A stretch of 64,000 nucleotides of DNA from an uncultured Sphingobacteriales bacterium (lineage in GTDB: Bacteria; Bacteroidota; Bacteroidia; CAILMK01; CAYYUA01). Every line of letters starts with the position of its first letter. Position 1 is the stretch's first letter. The DNA lies in NCBI GenBank assembly GCA_964561545.1, contig CAZLQF010000004.1, forward strand, positions 71,338-135,337, given 5' to 3'. Shown here piece by piece: positions 21,297-31,823 of the stretch. The position numbers and the translations under genes were made by a program. The notes beneath the pieces are model-generated. The model was not told where the DNA came from. It saw only the letters and a list, made by a program, of their open reading frames with translations, and did not search any database.

Positions 21297-22973
21297 ATGG
21301 ATTCAATGATAAAATTTTGCATATTTTTAGTTGTTGCCGGATTTTGCATGCCATTTTACTCATTAGGACAGGGAAAGTTGTCAGGAGATTTTCAACTCAA
21401 CGCGAATTTTTACGATGATGACCCTAACATCGGGACCAATACCACGCATTATAAAAACGAATTGGCCGGAGGAGAAGGTTGGCTGTTCTTGAATTACCGG
21501 ATTAAAGGCTTCAAACTTTCCGCTCGTTATGATGGGTTTTATAACTCAGCATTACTTGATCCGCAAGAAGCTTATTCTGATCAGGGGCTGGGGTTTTATT
21601 CCATCAGTAAAGATATTGAAGATCTCAACGTTACTGCAGGTCACTTTTATGACCAGATCGGAAACGGGCTTATCTTTAGGGCTTATGAAGACCGTACGCT
21701 TGGATTGGATTATGCCGTACAAGGTTTAAGGTTGAATTATGATATTGCCGATGGTTTTAGGGCCAAAGGATTTGTTGGTAAGCAGAAAAAAAGGTTCGAA
21801 TCTTATGGTCCTATACTGAAGGGTGGAAATATTGAAAAGGATTTCTGGGTCAATGACAGCCTGCAGCTTTATTCAGGAGTTGGGTTGGTTAACCGCACGC
21901 ATGATCAGCAAACCATGGATCGTATTGTAGAGGAAATCAACAGCTATGATGACGGCCGATTCATTCCAAAATACAACGTTTATTCCTATACTTTCTACAA
22001 TACCCTCAATTACAAAAATTTCAATTGGTATCTGGAATATGCCAGAAAAACGGAAGATGCCATTAGGAACCAGGCAGGTTCTCAACTCATTAAAGAGGAT
22101 GGCTATACGCTTTATACTTCTTTGAACTACTCCTTTCCGGGTTTTGGAATCAACTTTCAATATCGTAAAAGCGAAACGTTCAATTTTAACATGACCCCTT
22201 ACACTGAACCACTTAGGGGGGTTATTAATTATTTACCGCCCATCGCCAAACAGCATTCGATGCGGCTTACAGGCCGTTACAGCCCGCAAACCATAAACTT
22301 TGGTGAAGAAGGTTATCAGGCTGATTTTACTATCTCTGCCGGTAGTAAAAGTACGATCAACATTAACCTATCCTATATTCAGAATGGCGAAGACCAACGG
22401 TTGTTTTCAGCCCCTTCGATTGCCTACCAAAACGTTGTGAATGGTGAAGAAAGCCCCTCGCCAGCTGATAAACTGTACCATGAAGTCAATTTTGATTATT
22501 ACAGGCGCTGGACCCGGAATTTTAAGTCAACCATTGGACTACAAACGGTTCATTATGATCGAAGGGTTTTTCAGGGTAAGCCAGGTGCAAATATGGTCAA
22601 GACCATCACCCCATTTTCCGAATTAACCTTTAAACTGGACCGCAGAAAATCCATAAGAACGGAACTCCAATACCTGAAAACCGAACAAGATAAAGGGAAC
22701 ATGGCTTTTGGCTTGGTTGAGTTTAATGTGGCTCCGCATTATTCCATTTCCATATCCGACATGGTTAATACAGAACCTCGCAAAAATGGTGAATTGAAGG
22801 ATGATCAGGATTTCATTCATTATTACAACGTTTTTGGCGCCTACACGTTGAACCAAACTCGGTTTACCTTAGGATATGTTAAGCAAGTTGAAGGCATTGT
22901 TTGCACTGGTGGCGTTTGTCGTGTAGAACCAGCTTTTAGCGGGGTTAAATTTGGGGTTTCTACTAATTTTTAA
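21297..22973 (+). CDS. Predicted outer-membrane beta-barrel protein (hypothetical)
   Basis: Signal peptide, Tyr/Asn/Gly-rich alternating strands and a C-terminal Phe. No enzymatic motif. Co-directional with the next two genes. Confidence 0.45.
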   Translation: MDSMIKFCIFLVVAGFCMPFYSLGQGKLSGDFQLNANFYDDDPNIGTNTTHYKNELAGGEGWLFLNYRIKGFKLSARYDGFYNSALLDPQEAYSDQGLGFYSISKDIEDLNVTAGHFYDQIGNGLIFRAYEDRTLGLDYAVQGLRLNYDIADGFRAKGFVGKQKKRFESYGPILKGGNIEKDFWVNDSLQLYSGVGLVNRTHDQQTMDRIVEEINSYDDGRFIPKYNVYSYTFYNTLNYKNFNWYLEYARKTEDAIRNQAGSQLIKEDGYTLYTSLNYSFPGFGINFQYRKSETFNFNMTPYTEPLRGVINYLPPIAKQHSMRLTGRYSPQTINFGEEGYQADFTISAGSKSTININLSYIQNGEDQRLFSAPSIAYQNVVNGEESPSPADKLYHEVNFDYYRRWTRNFKSTIGLQTVHYDRRVFQGKPGANMVKTITPFSELTFKLDRRKSIRTELQYLKTEQDKGNMAFGLVEFNVAPHYSISISDMVNTEPRKNGELKDDQDFIHYYNVFGAYTLNQTRFTLGYVKQVEGIVCTGGVCRVEPAFSGVKFGVSTNF

Positions 22974-22985
22974 AAAGATCGCACC

Positions 22986-23849
22986 ATGCGCTTATATCGT
23001 AGTTTGATTGTTTTTTTATGGTTTGCTGGAATTTCTATCTTGTTAGGAGCTTGTGAAGAAGAGCCACCTCCGGTTAATTTAAATCCTGATACTGGATTGA
23101 CGGATACCTCCTATATGGGTGAAGGGAACGCAACGCCTCAAGAGAAGAAGGTATTGATTGAGGATTTTACGGGCGTGAGGTGTAACAATTGTCCGGATGC
23201 CACTGATCAAGCAGAAGCCATTAAAGCTGATAACCCTGATCGGATCATTATTTTGGCCATTCATTGCAATGATAGATTCAGTGAACCTTACCAGGAAAGC
23301 AAAGAAGATTACAAGACCGAAAAGGGCACCCAGCTTTATGATTTTTTTGGCCAACCAAGCCAACCAGCCGGTGCAATTGATCGAAAAAACTTTGAAAATC
23401 AGGACGGTGTGATTGTTGGTTATCCAGAATGGCCCAACTTTGCCGATCAAAGATTGAATGTTCAAACGCATGTAAATCTGGAATTAAACAGTAAACTTGA
23501 TGGAAATGAAGTAAAGGTGCTTGCCAAAACCCGTTTTTTATCGAATTTAGAAGGCAACATTTATCTCACTATAGCAGTAACAGAAGACAAAATCCAGGAT
23601 GTTCAGTTATTGCCAAGTGGGGAGAAAAAGAAAGATTATGAGCATAATCACGTCTTAAGAAAGATTATTACACCATTCGATGGCACTTTACTCTATGAAG
23701 CGCCCGAAGCAAATAGGGTAGTAGAAAAGGAATTTAAAGCCCAACTTGAGGATGATTGGGTAAAAGACAGCATGAATGTGGTAGGATTTGTTCACAGCAA
23801 GTTAGATTCTACTACTGTTCATCAGACCAATAAGGTTAAATTGAAATAA
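22986..23849 (+). CDS. Hypothetical lipoprotein (possibly Omp28-related)
   Basis: Signal peptide with a lipobox Cys (LLGACEEE) and a single CNNCP motif. Assigned by family resemblance only. Confidence 0.35.
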   Translation: MRLYRSLIVFLWFAGISILLGACEEEPPPVNLNPDTGLTDTSYMGEGNATPQEKKVLIEDFTGVRCNNCPDATDQAEAIKADNPDRIIILAIHCNDRFSEPYQESKEDYKTEKGTQLYDFFGQPSQPAGAIDRKNFENQDGVIVGYPEWPNFADQRLNVQTHVNLELNSKLDGNEVKVLAKTRFLSNLEGNIYLTIAVTEDKIQDVQLLPSGEKKKDYEHNHVLRKIITPFDGTLLYEAPEANRVVEKEFKAQLEDDWVKDSMNVVGFVHSKLDSTTVHQTNKVKLK

Positions 23850-23852
23850 CCT

Positions 23853-24467
23853 ATGCAATTAGCTCCTTTGATTAGTATCTTCTTCATGGCCTTGGCCTTG
23901 GTTAATTGCCAACCAAAGGAGTATGAATCAAAATATCATCAATCCATAAAAGAAGAGAGAAAGAGGAAGGATAGTATTTTCAAGTTTTCTAAAAAGTCGC
24001 CCTTAACGACCATGCAGCAGCGAAATTTTAGGGCTTTGGAATATTATCCTGTTGATTCAACTTACCAAGTGACAGCTGAGTTAATACCATTCCAAGACAC
24101 CCAGGTTGTTAAAATGCCTTATACCAATGGTGAGTCCAAGAAATACATGAAATATGCTACATTAAAATTTCCTTTAAAAGGAGAAAAAAGGGCCTTGATA
24201 GCTTATCAAAATATGGAATTCCAAGATGATCCAGAACTCAAGGATCAGTTATTCTTACCTTTTAAAGATCATACCAATGACGAAGCTACCTATGGCGGTG
24301 GTAGGTACATCGATCTCAAAAAAACCAATAAGGATTCTATTATCATCGATTTTAATAATGCTTACAATCCTTATTGTGCTTATAATAAAAATTATGCCTG
24401 CCCAATTCCGCCAAATGAAAACCTCCTTGATTTAAAAGTGAAGGCAGGAGAACGGAAATATGATTAA
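23853..24467 (+). CDS. DUF1684-like protein
   Basis: About 200 aa with the conserved C-terminal Cys pattern NAYNPYCAYNKNYACPIPPNEN characteristic of DUF1684. Confidence 0.45.
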   Translation: MQLAPLISIFFMALALVNCQPKEYESKYHQSIKEERKRKDSIFKFSKKSPLTTMQQRNFRALEYYPVDSTYQVTAELIPFQDTQVVKMPYTNGESKKYMKYATLKFPLKGEKRALIAYQNMEFQDDPELKDQLFLPFKDHTNDEATYGGGRYIDLKKTNKDSIIIDFNNAYNPYCAYNKNYACPIPPNENLLDLKVKAGERKYD

Positions 24468-24620
24468 AGCAATACAGGGGCTTTTAACAAAAACTCAAGG
24501 GCAAGTTATGAAATTGCTTTGGATATGCTTCACTTTAAATATATTCAGTGGCCAAGCTTAAAAACAATCTGCCTTTAACCAAAAACTTATCGATTGAGTG
24601 GTATGATAATTATTATTTGA

Positions 24621-25583
24621 TTACTCTTTTTCTTCTTTATATTCCCCCATGTTACTGAATTTTTCAATCCTGTTATGGATTCTTGTTTCAGCATCCATGG
24701 ATTTAAGCTCTTCTAATTCGTTTTTAATGGCATCTTTTACTTCCTTGTACATGAAATCAGGGTCATTATGTGCTCCACCCAATGGTTCCTGGATAATGCC
24801 GTCAATCAAGCCAAGTTTATAAAGCTTATCGGATGTTAGCTGCAATTGCTCAGCAGCTTGCTCTTTGTAATCCCAACTCCTCCAAAGAATGGATGAACAA
24901 GACTCAGGAGAGATTACAGAGTACCACGTGTGCTCCAGCATTAAAATCCGGTCACCAACGCCAATGCCAAGAGCTCCACCAGAAGCTCCTTCACCAATTA
25001 CGATGCAAATAACGGGTACTTGAAGCATGCTCATTTCTTTAAGGTTGTGGGCTATGGCTTCGGCTTGCCCTCTTTCTTCGGCTTCCAATCCTGGCGATGC
25101 ACCCGGAGTGTCTATTAATGTAACTATGGGTTTATTGAACTTCTCAGCTTGTTTCATGAGCCTCAAGGCCTTGCGATACCCTTCCGGATTGGCCATGCCA
25201 AAATTTCTGTAAGCCCTGGATTTGGTATTCTTACCCTTTTGATGGCCAATGAACATAATGGCTTCATCGTCAAGGCTTGCAAAACCACCTACCACTGCCT
25301 TGTCATCCTTTACATTACGATCGCCATGCAGCTCAATAAAGTTGGAGGCCATGTTGGTAATATAATCTAACGAATAGGGCCTTCTGGGGTGACGGGATAT
25401 TTGCACTTTTTGCCATCCACTAAGGTCATTGTATAATTCCTGCTTAAGGTCCTCAATTTTTTGCTCAAGGTCTTTGATGGTATCGGTTTTTACACCTTTA
25501 CCTTCCTGCCTCGCAGCTTCCTTAGCTTTTTCAAGTTTTTCTTCTAAATCTCTGATGGGCTTTTCAAATTCCAACTCCTGCAT
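24621..25583 (-). CDS. accA: Acetyl-CoA carboxylase carboxyltransferase subunit alpha
   Basis: Full-length AccA with crotonase-fold motifs ([11 protein letters not shown]...[15 protein letters not shown]). Confidence 0.95.
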   Translation of the reverse strand: MQELEFEKPIRDLEEKLEKAKEAARQEGKGVKTDTIKDLEQKIEDLKQELYNDLSGWQKVQISRHPRRPYSLDYITNMASNFIELHGDRNVKDDKAVVGGFASLDDEAIMFIGHQKGKNTKSRAYRNFGMANPEGYRKALRLMKQAEKFNKPIVTLIDTPGASPGLEAEERGQAEAIAHNLKEMSMLQVPVICIVIGEGASGGALGIGVGDRILMLEHTWYSVISPESCSSILWRSWDYKEQAAEQLQLTSDKLYKLGLIDGIIQEPLGGAHNDPDFMYKEVKDAIKNELEELKSMDAETRIHNRIEKFSNMGEYKEEKE

Positions 25584-25798
25584 ACTTCAAAATGCTTTAG
25601 GGGTTTAGATTCATTATAGTGAATCTGTCAACAAAGTTAAGGCTTTACGGTTCCGTTGAGCAAATTTATGGAATGAAAGGGTGCTGAGGTACTATTAAAG
25701 TAAGAAAGGGCCGGCTATAGGGCATTATGGTCAGTTTCAATCACACCACTTTTAATATACAAGGAAATTGGCAACTCGATGGACTTATAGAGTTGCCT

Positions 25799-26752
25799 TT
25801 AATTTTCGTAAAGGCCCCGGCCAGCCTTTTCTACTTTGCCCTTTTGCTTGAGTTCCTTCAGTACCTTATCAAGGATCCCGTTAACAAAGTTCTTACTTTT
25901 AGGAAGGCTGTAGTTTTTAGTGAGTTCAATGTATTCATTGATCGTAACCTTGGTTGGTATAGAAGGAAAATACATGAATTCACAAATGCCCATTTTGATA
26001 ATAATTAAGTCAATTACGGCTACTTGGGAAGGTTCATATTTTTGGATCTTATCGGAGATCATGGCCTGGAATTCATCATCGTGGTCTACGGTCCAGTTGA
26101 ACAATGCTTTAGCAAAACCAAAATTTTCATCGTCATCAACAGAAAGGGGCAGCAAGAAATCGTCTGATTCTGGATCCATGGCAATGTTATCCAGTGTTTT
26201 GGTAACCATTTGACGGGTAATTTTCTTGTCATCGTGCCAATTGAAAAATTGCTCGTCAAGGTGCTGGCTGACCAAACCAAAATTATCGGGATAATGCTTA
26301 ACGATATGCTTCATTATTTCCAAATCCTGGTATTCTTCAGGTTCATCTGAATGAATGTAATCATCATAGATCTCAGAATTTTTGAGGTCAAAGAATACCT
26401 TTTTGAGTAAATCGGTATCACCCTGCCAGGAGATATTTCGCCATTCGCATTTGTTATGAAAGTTCTTGCTATTTATAATTGCCTGCATGATCCTATTGCT
26501 ATGCAAGCGCAAGAACTTGCCAGAATCTTTGGATGAGGGTAGGTGTTTGGCCTTCATATCATCATCATACTGGTAAACATAATCACCTAATGCTTCAAGG
26601 AATAAAAGTAAATAAAGGTACAGGTCAAAAAGCTTCTCTAAACTTGTAGTCAGGTTTTTTTCAACATGGCCTTTGGATTGTTCGCCTCCTGAATTCCAGT
26701 ATGAATAAAGGGCTTGCATCACCTTAGCTCGAATGTGCCTTCTGCTTAACAT
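25799..26752 (-). CDS. nusB: Transcription antitermination factor NusB (long Bacteroidota form)
   Basis: The N-terminus MLSRRHIRAKVMQALY is the canonical NusB start. It has a large insertion or extension, as in other Bacteroidota NusB proteins. Confidence 0.75.
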   Translation of the reverse strand: MLSRRHIRAKVMQALYSYWNSGGEQSKGHVEKNLTTSLEKLFDLYLYLLLFLEALGDYVYQYDDDMKAKHLPSSKDSGKFLRLHSNRIMQAIINSKNFHNKCEWRNISWQGDTDLLKKVFFDLKNSEIYDDYIHSDEPEEYQDLEIMKHIVKHYPDNFGLVSQHLDEQFFNWHDDKKITRQMVTKTLDNIAMDPESDDFLLPLSVDDDENFGFAKALFNWTVDHDDEFQAMISDKIQKYEPSQVAVIDLIIIKMGICEFMYFPSIPTKVTINEYIELTKNYSLPKSKNFVNGILDKVLKELKQKGKVEKAGRGLYEN

Positions 26753-26798
26753 AGCCCTCAGCCTCTTATATTTAATTTTTTAAAGATCAAACTTTTTA

Positions 26799-27899
26799 TT
26801 ATCCTTTCAAGTGAATTGAGCCAATTTGGTTAATCCGGTCATCTGCCATTTTCTGAGATGCTTCGTTGGTAGGAACATTCTCTTTTTGAGATTTCGAAAT
26901 GATTTGTTTGGTGACCTCGTAGATATTTTTTGTTGTCTCCATCGCACTTTCATAATTGTATCCTGTCCATTCCGTAAAGACATTGATCAAGCCTCCGGCA
27001 TTGATGAGGTAATCAGGTGTGTACAGGATGCCATGATCAAAAAGCATTTGACCATGGTGCTCTTCATCAGCAAGTTGGTTATTAGCGGCACCAGCTATGA
27101 TTGAACATTTAAGTTCAGGGATGGACTCATTGTTTAAAGTAGCTCCTAAAGCACAGGGCGCATAAATGTCTACGTTGGCTGAATAAATCTCATCAAGTTT
27201 TTTAACTTTAACCCCGTATTCGCTGGAGGCCTTTTTTAATTTTTGTTCGTCTACATCAGCAACAAAAACTTCTGCATTTTCATGATTAAGCAGGTTTACC
27301 AATTCCATTCCAACTTTACCTACGCCTTCAACTAATATTTTTTTCTTGGATAAGGAATCGGATCCATAGACCTTGTTAGCAGACGCTTTCATGCCTAAGT
27401 AAACGCCATAGGCTGTTACAGGCGAGGGATCGCCACCACCCCCAAATACTTTTGGAAGGCCAACCACATTCTTGGTTTCCATATTGATGAATTCCATGTC
27501 GCGTGTAGTAGTTCCTATATCCTCTGCTGTAATGTATTTGCCATTAAGGTTATTAATATATTGCCCGAATTTCCTGAATAAAGCTTCAGATTTTTGTTTA
27601 TTAGGATCGCCAATGATTACGGCTTTTGCACCGCCTAAATTGAGTCCTGATATGGAAGCCTTGTAAGTCATGCCCCTGGATAGCCGGAGCACATCAACTA
27701 AAGCATCTTCTTCTGATTCGTAATTAAACATCCTCGTTCCGCCTAAACCCGGCCCCAAAGTAGTATCGTGTACCGCTATGATGCCCTTTAATCCGGAGAA
27801 TTTATCATGGCAAAATACAATTTGCTCGTGTTCGTATTGGGCTACTTTATCAAATACGAGACTTCCCGTAATTTGTGATTCATCATTTAAGACTTCCAT
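26799..27899 (-). CDS. Glu/Leu/Phe/Val dehydrogenase family, probable leucine dehydrogenase
   Basis: 366 aa. A catalytic Lys motif (GLNLGGAKAVIIGD) and a Rossmann GVGKVG are present. Confidence 0.85.
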   Translation of the reverse strand: MEVLNDESQITGSLVFDKVAQYEHEQIVFCHDKFSGLKGIIAVHDTTLGPGLGGTRMFNYESEEDALVDVLRLSRGMTYKASISGLNLGGAKAVIIGDPNKQKSEALFRKFGQYINNLNGKYITAEDIGTTTRDMEFINMETKNVVGLPKVFGGGGDPSPVTAYGVYLGMKASANKVYGSDSLSKKKILVEGVGKVGMELVNLLNHENAEVFVADVDEQKLKKASSEYGVKVKKLDEIYSANVDIYAPCALGATLNNESIPELKCSIIAGAANNQLADEEHHGQMLFDHGILYTPDYLINAGGLINVFTEWTGYNYESAMETTKNIYEVTKQIISKSQKENVPTNEASQKMADDRINQIGSIHLKG

Positions 27900-28202
27900 A
27901 AGAGCATGTAATTTCTTGTAACAATGTGTTTAAATTATTGGGCATTCCTTTTTGGTAATAAACAACTTTCGAGTTAGCGATGCAAAAGTAGGATTTTTTT
28001 CAATTCAAAGCAATTCCAATCTGGTGTTGGGGCATTACCAGTATTTGGAACAATAAACGAAATACTACGGTAGCTATTACATCATCAGTTCCAAACCAAA
28101 CTAAAATAAAAACTTGTTGTTTTCTTTGCAAATTTAATTAGAGGCATTCCAAGATGCTGCTTCTTAATTTTGCACTGCAGCTTAAATAACAGCTTAAGTT
28201 GA

Positions 28203-30035
28203 ATGAAACCATTATTTGTACTTAATAAATATTTGCGGCGGTATCGTTGGCACTTAATCTTAGGAGCTCTATTTGTCACCATTTCCAATGTATTCGGGGT
28301 TTTGCCGGCCCAGGTAGTCCGGCATTCTTTTGACTTGGTAAAAGAAAATTTATTTTTATACCGCCTCACCGATGGTTTTGACTTGCAATCCAATATATAT
28401 ACCCATTTTGGCGAAATACTCTTAATATTTGCTATGGTAGTTTTGATAATGGCTATTTTAAGAGGATTTTTCATGTTCATGATGCGGCAAACCATTATCG
28501 TGATGTCAAGGCATGTGGAATTTGATATGAAAAATGATATTTATGATCATTTTCAAAAATTATCAACCGCCTATTACCGAAAAAATAATACAGGTGATTT
28601 AATGGCCCGTATTACAGAGGATGTGAGTAAGGTTCGTTTTTACATTGGTCCAGCCATCATGTATACCATCAATCTCTCTACCTTAATTGTATTGGTGGTG
28701 GGTATTATGCTTACCGTTAACGCCACCCTTACCTTTTATGTATTGCTGCCGCTTCCGGTCTTGGCATTGTCCATATATTATGTGAATAGCATAATACAGC
28801 GCAAAAGCTTAATCATACAGGAACAGTTATCTCGTTTAACGACCTTTACTCAAGAAATGTTTTCTGGTATCCGGGTGATCAAATCCTTTGCTTCCGAAAG
28901 TAGCGTTGATAGCCATTTTAAAGATGAGTGTGAAAGTTACCGACAAAAATCTATGGGATTGGTTAAAGTCAATTCACTGTTCTTTCCCATTATCATCTTA
29001 TTAATCGGCTTAAGTACGTTGCTCACTTTATTTGTAGGAGGTATGGAAGTTATGGCGGGCAATATAACAGCCGGTAACATTGCTGAATTCTTTATCTACG
29101 TCAATCTATTGACCTGGCCTGTAGCATCAATTGGTTGGGTTACTTCTATTATTCAAAGAGCTGCTGCATCACAGGCAAGGATTAATGCGGTGTGGGATCA
29201 AGAGCCAGAGATCGTATCCGATAAGAACAAACAAATTTCTTTAAAAGGCAACATTGAATTCGATCATGTAAATTTTGTTTATCCGGATACAGGGATTAAA
29301 GCCTTGCAAGATATTAACCTCGCTATTAATTCAGGCGAGAATGTCGGAATTATTGGAAAAACGGGATCTGGCAAGTCCACTTTTGCCAACCTATTGTTCC
29401 GGCTCTATGATGTAACAAGTGGCCAATTGAAGTATGACGGAATTGATGTAAAAGACCTCGATCCAGGTTACTTTAGAAGGCAAATTGGGTACGTACCCCA
29501 GGACGACTTCCTCTTTTCCGATTCCATTGCCAATAATCTGTTGTTCGGCTACCATGAGGAATATGATATGAATAAAAATGAGGACAAGGAAAGGGTTTAT
29601 TCGGTCCTGCGGGAAGTTACAGAGATCACTGATGTAAAAAAAGACATTCTTCAATTTCCGCAAGGCTTTGAAACCAAACTTGGCGAAAGGGGCGTAACCT
29701 TGTCGGGAGGTCAAAAACAACGGATCTCAATTGCTCGAGCTTTGGTTGGCAATCCAAAGATCCTGATCCTTGACGATTGCTTTTCGGCTGTGGATACCCA
29801 TACAGAAGCCCGCATTCTTCAGCAATTAGGTAACTACATGACCGAAAGAACATCCATCTTAATAAGCCACCGGGTTTCTACGGTTAAAAATGCAGATAAG
29901 ATCATTGTTTTAGACCAGGGAGGTATCCATGAAAGTGGTAATCATGATGAATTGATCAAGAAGGAAGGCTATTATTACGAGCTTTACCAAAAACAAATGT
30001 TGGAAAAAGAATTATACCAAGACCTGCTTGAATAA
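28203..30035 (+). CDS. ABC exporter, fused permease and ATP-binding protein (MsbA-like)
   Basis: Six TM helices followed by Walker A (GKTGSGKST), the ABC signature (LSGGQKQRISIARA) and Walker B (ILILDD). Confidence 0.9.
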   Translation: MKPLFVLNKYLRRYRWHLILGALFVTISNVFGVLPAQVVRHSFDLVKENLFLYRLTDGFDLQSNIYTHFGEILLIFAMVVLIMAILRGFFMFMMRQTIIVMSRHVEFDMKNDIYDHFQKLSTAYYRKNNTGDLMARITEDVSKVRFYIGPAIMYTINLSTLIVLVVGIMLTVNATLTFYVLLPLPVLALSIYYVNSIIQRKSLIIQEQLSRLTTFTQEMFSGIRVIKSFASESSVDSHFKDECESYRQKSMGLVKVNSLFFPIIILLIGLSTLLTLFVGGMEVMAGNITAGNIAEFFIYVNLLTWPVASIGWVTSIIQRAAASQARINAVWDQEPEIVSDKNKQISLKGNIEFDHVNFVYPDTGIKALQDINLAINSGENVGIIGKTGSGKSTFANLLFRLYDVTSGQLKYDGIDVKDLDPGYFRRQIGYVPQDDFLFSDSIANNLLFGYHEEYDMNKNEDKERVYSVLREVTEITDVKKDILQFPQGFETKLGERGVTLSGGQKQRISIARALVGNPKILILDDCFSAVDTHTEARILQQLGNYMTERTSILISHRVSTVKNADKIIVLDQGGIHESGNHDELIKKEGYYYELYQKQMLEKELYQDLLE

Positions 30036-30048
30036 ATCACGTTAGTAC

Positions 30049-30222
30049 ATGAAATTACAAGAAGGGGTAGACTACTATTTCAATGAAGAAGGCTATATGG
30101 TGTTAACAAGTCATTACCTGCTTAAAAGAGGCTATTGCTGTAAGTCCGGGTGCAAACACTGCCCTTATGGATTTCGGAAGGATGAACCTCAACGTCAAAC
30201 CATTAATCAGCCAAGTAAGTAA
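30049..30222 (+). CDS. Small Cys-motif protein, DUF5522-like (57 aa). It is not in the supplied ORF track, which has a size cutoff.
   Basis: Hand translation gives MKLQEGVDYYFNEEGYMVLTSHYLLKRGYCCKSGCKHCPYGFRKDEPQRQTINQPSK. The CCxxGCxHCPY motif is characteristic of the small Bacteroidota DUF5522 family. ATG at 30049 and TAA at 30220-30222. Confidence 0.55.
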   Translation: MKLQEGVDYYFNEEGYMVLTSHYLLKRGYCCKSGCKHCPYGFRKDEPQRQTINQPSK

Positions 30223-30314
30223 TTATTGGTGATCAAGCTTTATTAAAGGCTTCTCAAAATACCTTTTTAAAACCTTATACCCCCAATTTTTAAGATTAAT
30301 AATAGCCTTTTACA

Positions 30315-31820
30315 TCATTCAGGTTTTTGACGTTCAGGTGGGTAGCATTTCTTCTTCAATGCTTCCAGAATGATGATTAAAGCTTCGGTGTCCATTTTAC
30401 AATAAGCTAATAGGTTTTCCCTGGTTTGCGCTACTTTTTCAGGATCCTGCTCTTCAATAAGTTGCTCAAAAACAATTGATGCAATACCTCCGTCTTCAAT
30501 TTCATATTCATTGTATGTATTATTGCCGGTGATGGCATGAAGGATGGCTTTCAACTTGAAAGAGCCTTTCATAGCCGGATGGTAATAAATAAGTTTATGG
30601 AATGGGACGCTTAGATCAATGATCCTTTGCAAACGGTCATCAATGTATTCTTGATATGCTGGAAATTCCGCTTTGAGTTGGTTGAGTATCTTTTTTTCAA
30701 AATTTTTATCAAAAACCACAAGCTGGCCCGGACTTTCCGTATCAGCTAACAACCGTTCTAAAAAGCCTCTTCTCGGATCAGGCCCTGCTTTGGCCAAAAA
30801 TTCATAATGTTGGACTTGGCTATTTTCATCGGCTTGGTAATGTAGCGAGTATTGGAAAGGAATATGCTCGTAAGGATAAGTGCCATCATAAATAGGAAGG
30901 GCCGCCATGAAGGATTCAAAATCCATAAAATAAAGGGGATATTTAATATTGCCCATGAATTTCCTGAGGCGTTCATGGTTGATGTATTCCTGGTTTTGCT
31001 GATGAGCTTGAATTTGAATTTGGGCAGCCAATGGCAATTCAAAATCCTGGGGGACATCATCAATTTTCTCGTAACCCTGATGGTAAAGTTCAAATTTGAG
31101 GTTTTTATCAAGCCCTGTTAAGTTTAAGATAGAATTTTCGGGAACATCCTGCCAGCAATAACCCATAAAATCACAAGGGTAGGGTGCCGTACAATGCGGG
31201 CCAATGTTTATTTTGGGAATTCTGGATTGCTGAAGCGTGTACTTGGCATTCATTAGATTTTCCTGAATGTAGGTTTGTTTAGCTTTAACCTCGTTGAGCA
31301 CAGAAGTTATGGAAAAGAATTGATTGAAGTCAATTGGCCCATTTTTGATGTACTCTTTATTGATTGTGATGATGTAAACGTCTTCAAGGGGCAACCCTGC
31401 ATTGGTTACTACATGATACTGAAGCGCTGTATCAAGGATATGTCGCTTAGTAACTTTGGTTGAACTTTTTACCTCATAAGCATACCATTTTCCATTGTCC
31501 TGATGTAGAATATCCAGCATTACCAATGTTCGCTCATGCTGAAAAACAGCTTCATACAATGTTGAGATACCAGAACCGATCAGGTTTTGGGTTTTTTTAA
31601 CGGCCTTTTGGAATAAGTACCGTTGTTCGGGCGAACAATCTACACCGCCAGGAAATAATTGATGAGCCAGGGTCCCTACTTCATTGCCGCGGTTAAAAAG
31701 GGCTTGTTGTTCGTCACTAATGCTGTCTTTTAACTTAGGATGATTGGCCGTTAAGTACAGGGCCTTTTGGCACTGGATGGATTTAAGAAAAGAAGACTTG
31801 GAAAGCAAATGCTTTTGCAT
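30315..31820 (-). CDS. DUF2779-like two-domain nuclease: N-terminal Cas4/RecB-like PD-(D/E)XK nuclease with a 4-Cys cluster, and C-terminal DEDDy-type 3'-5' exonuclease
   Basis: N-terminal half has Cys17 plus HCTAPYPCDFMGYC (C-x5-C-x5-C) and the PD-(D/E)XK motifs MLDIL ... YEVKSS ... QYHV (D, ExK, QxxxY). C-terminal half has Exo I FMDFESF (DxE) and Exo III LAYCKMDTE (Yx3D). The leading motif LSKSSFLKSIQCQKALYL resembles DUF2779 N-termini. Confidence 0.55.
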   Translation of the reverse strand: MQKHLLSKSSFLKSIQCQKALYLTANHPKLKDSISDEQQALFNRGNEVGTLAHQLFPGGVDCSPEQRYLFQKAVKKTQNLIGSGISTLYEAVFQHERTLVMLDILHQDNGKWYAYEVKSSTKVTKRHILDTALQYHVVTNAGLPLEDVYIITINKEYIKNGPIDFNQFFSITSVLNEVKAKQTYIQENLMNAKYTLQQSRIPKINIGPHCTAPYPCDFMGYCWQDVPENSILNLTGLDKNLKFELYHQGYEKIDDVPQDFELPLAAQIQIQAHQQNQEYINHERLRKFMGNIKYPLYFMDFESFMAALPIYDGTYPYEHIPFQYSLHYQADENSQVQHYEFLAKAGPDPRRGFLERLLADTESPGQLVVFDKNFEKKILNQLKAEFPAYQEYIDDRLQRIIDLSVPFHKLIYYHPAMKGSFKLKAILHAITGNNTYNEYEIEDGGIASIVFEQLIEEQDPEKVAQTRENLLAYCKMDTEALIIILEALKKKCYPPERQKPE

Positions 31821-31823
31821 AGA

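Noticed and set aside
25727-26008. 93 aa plus-strand ORF overlapping the 3' end of nusB
   Set aside because: It overlaps a conserved minus-strand gene and has no recognisable features.
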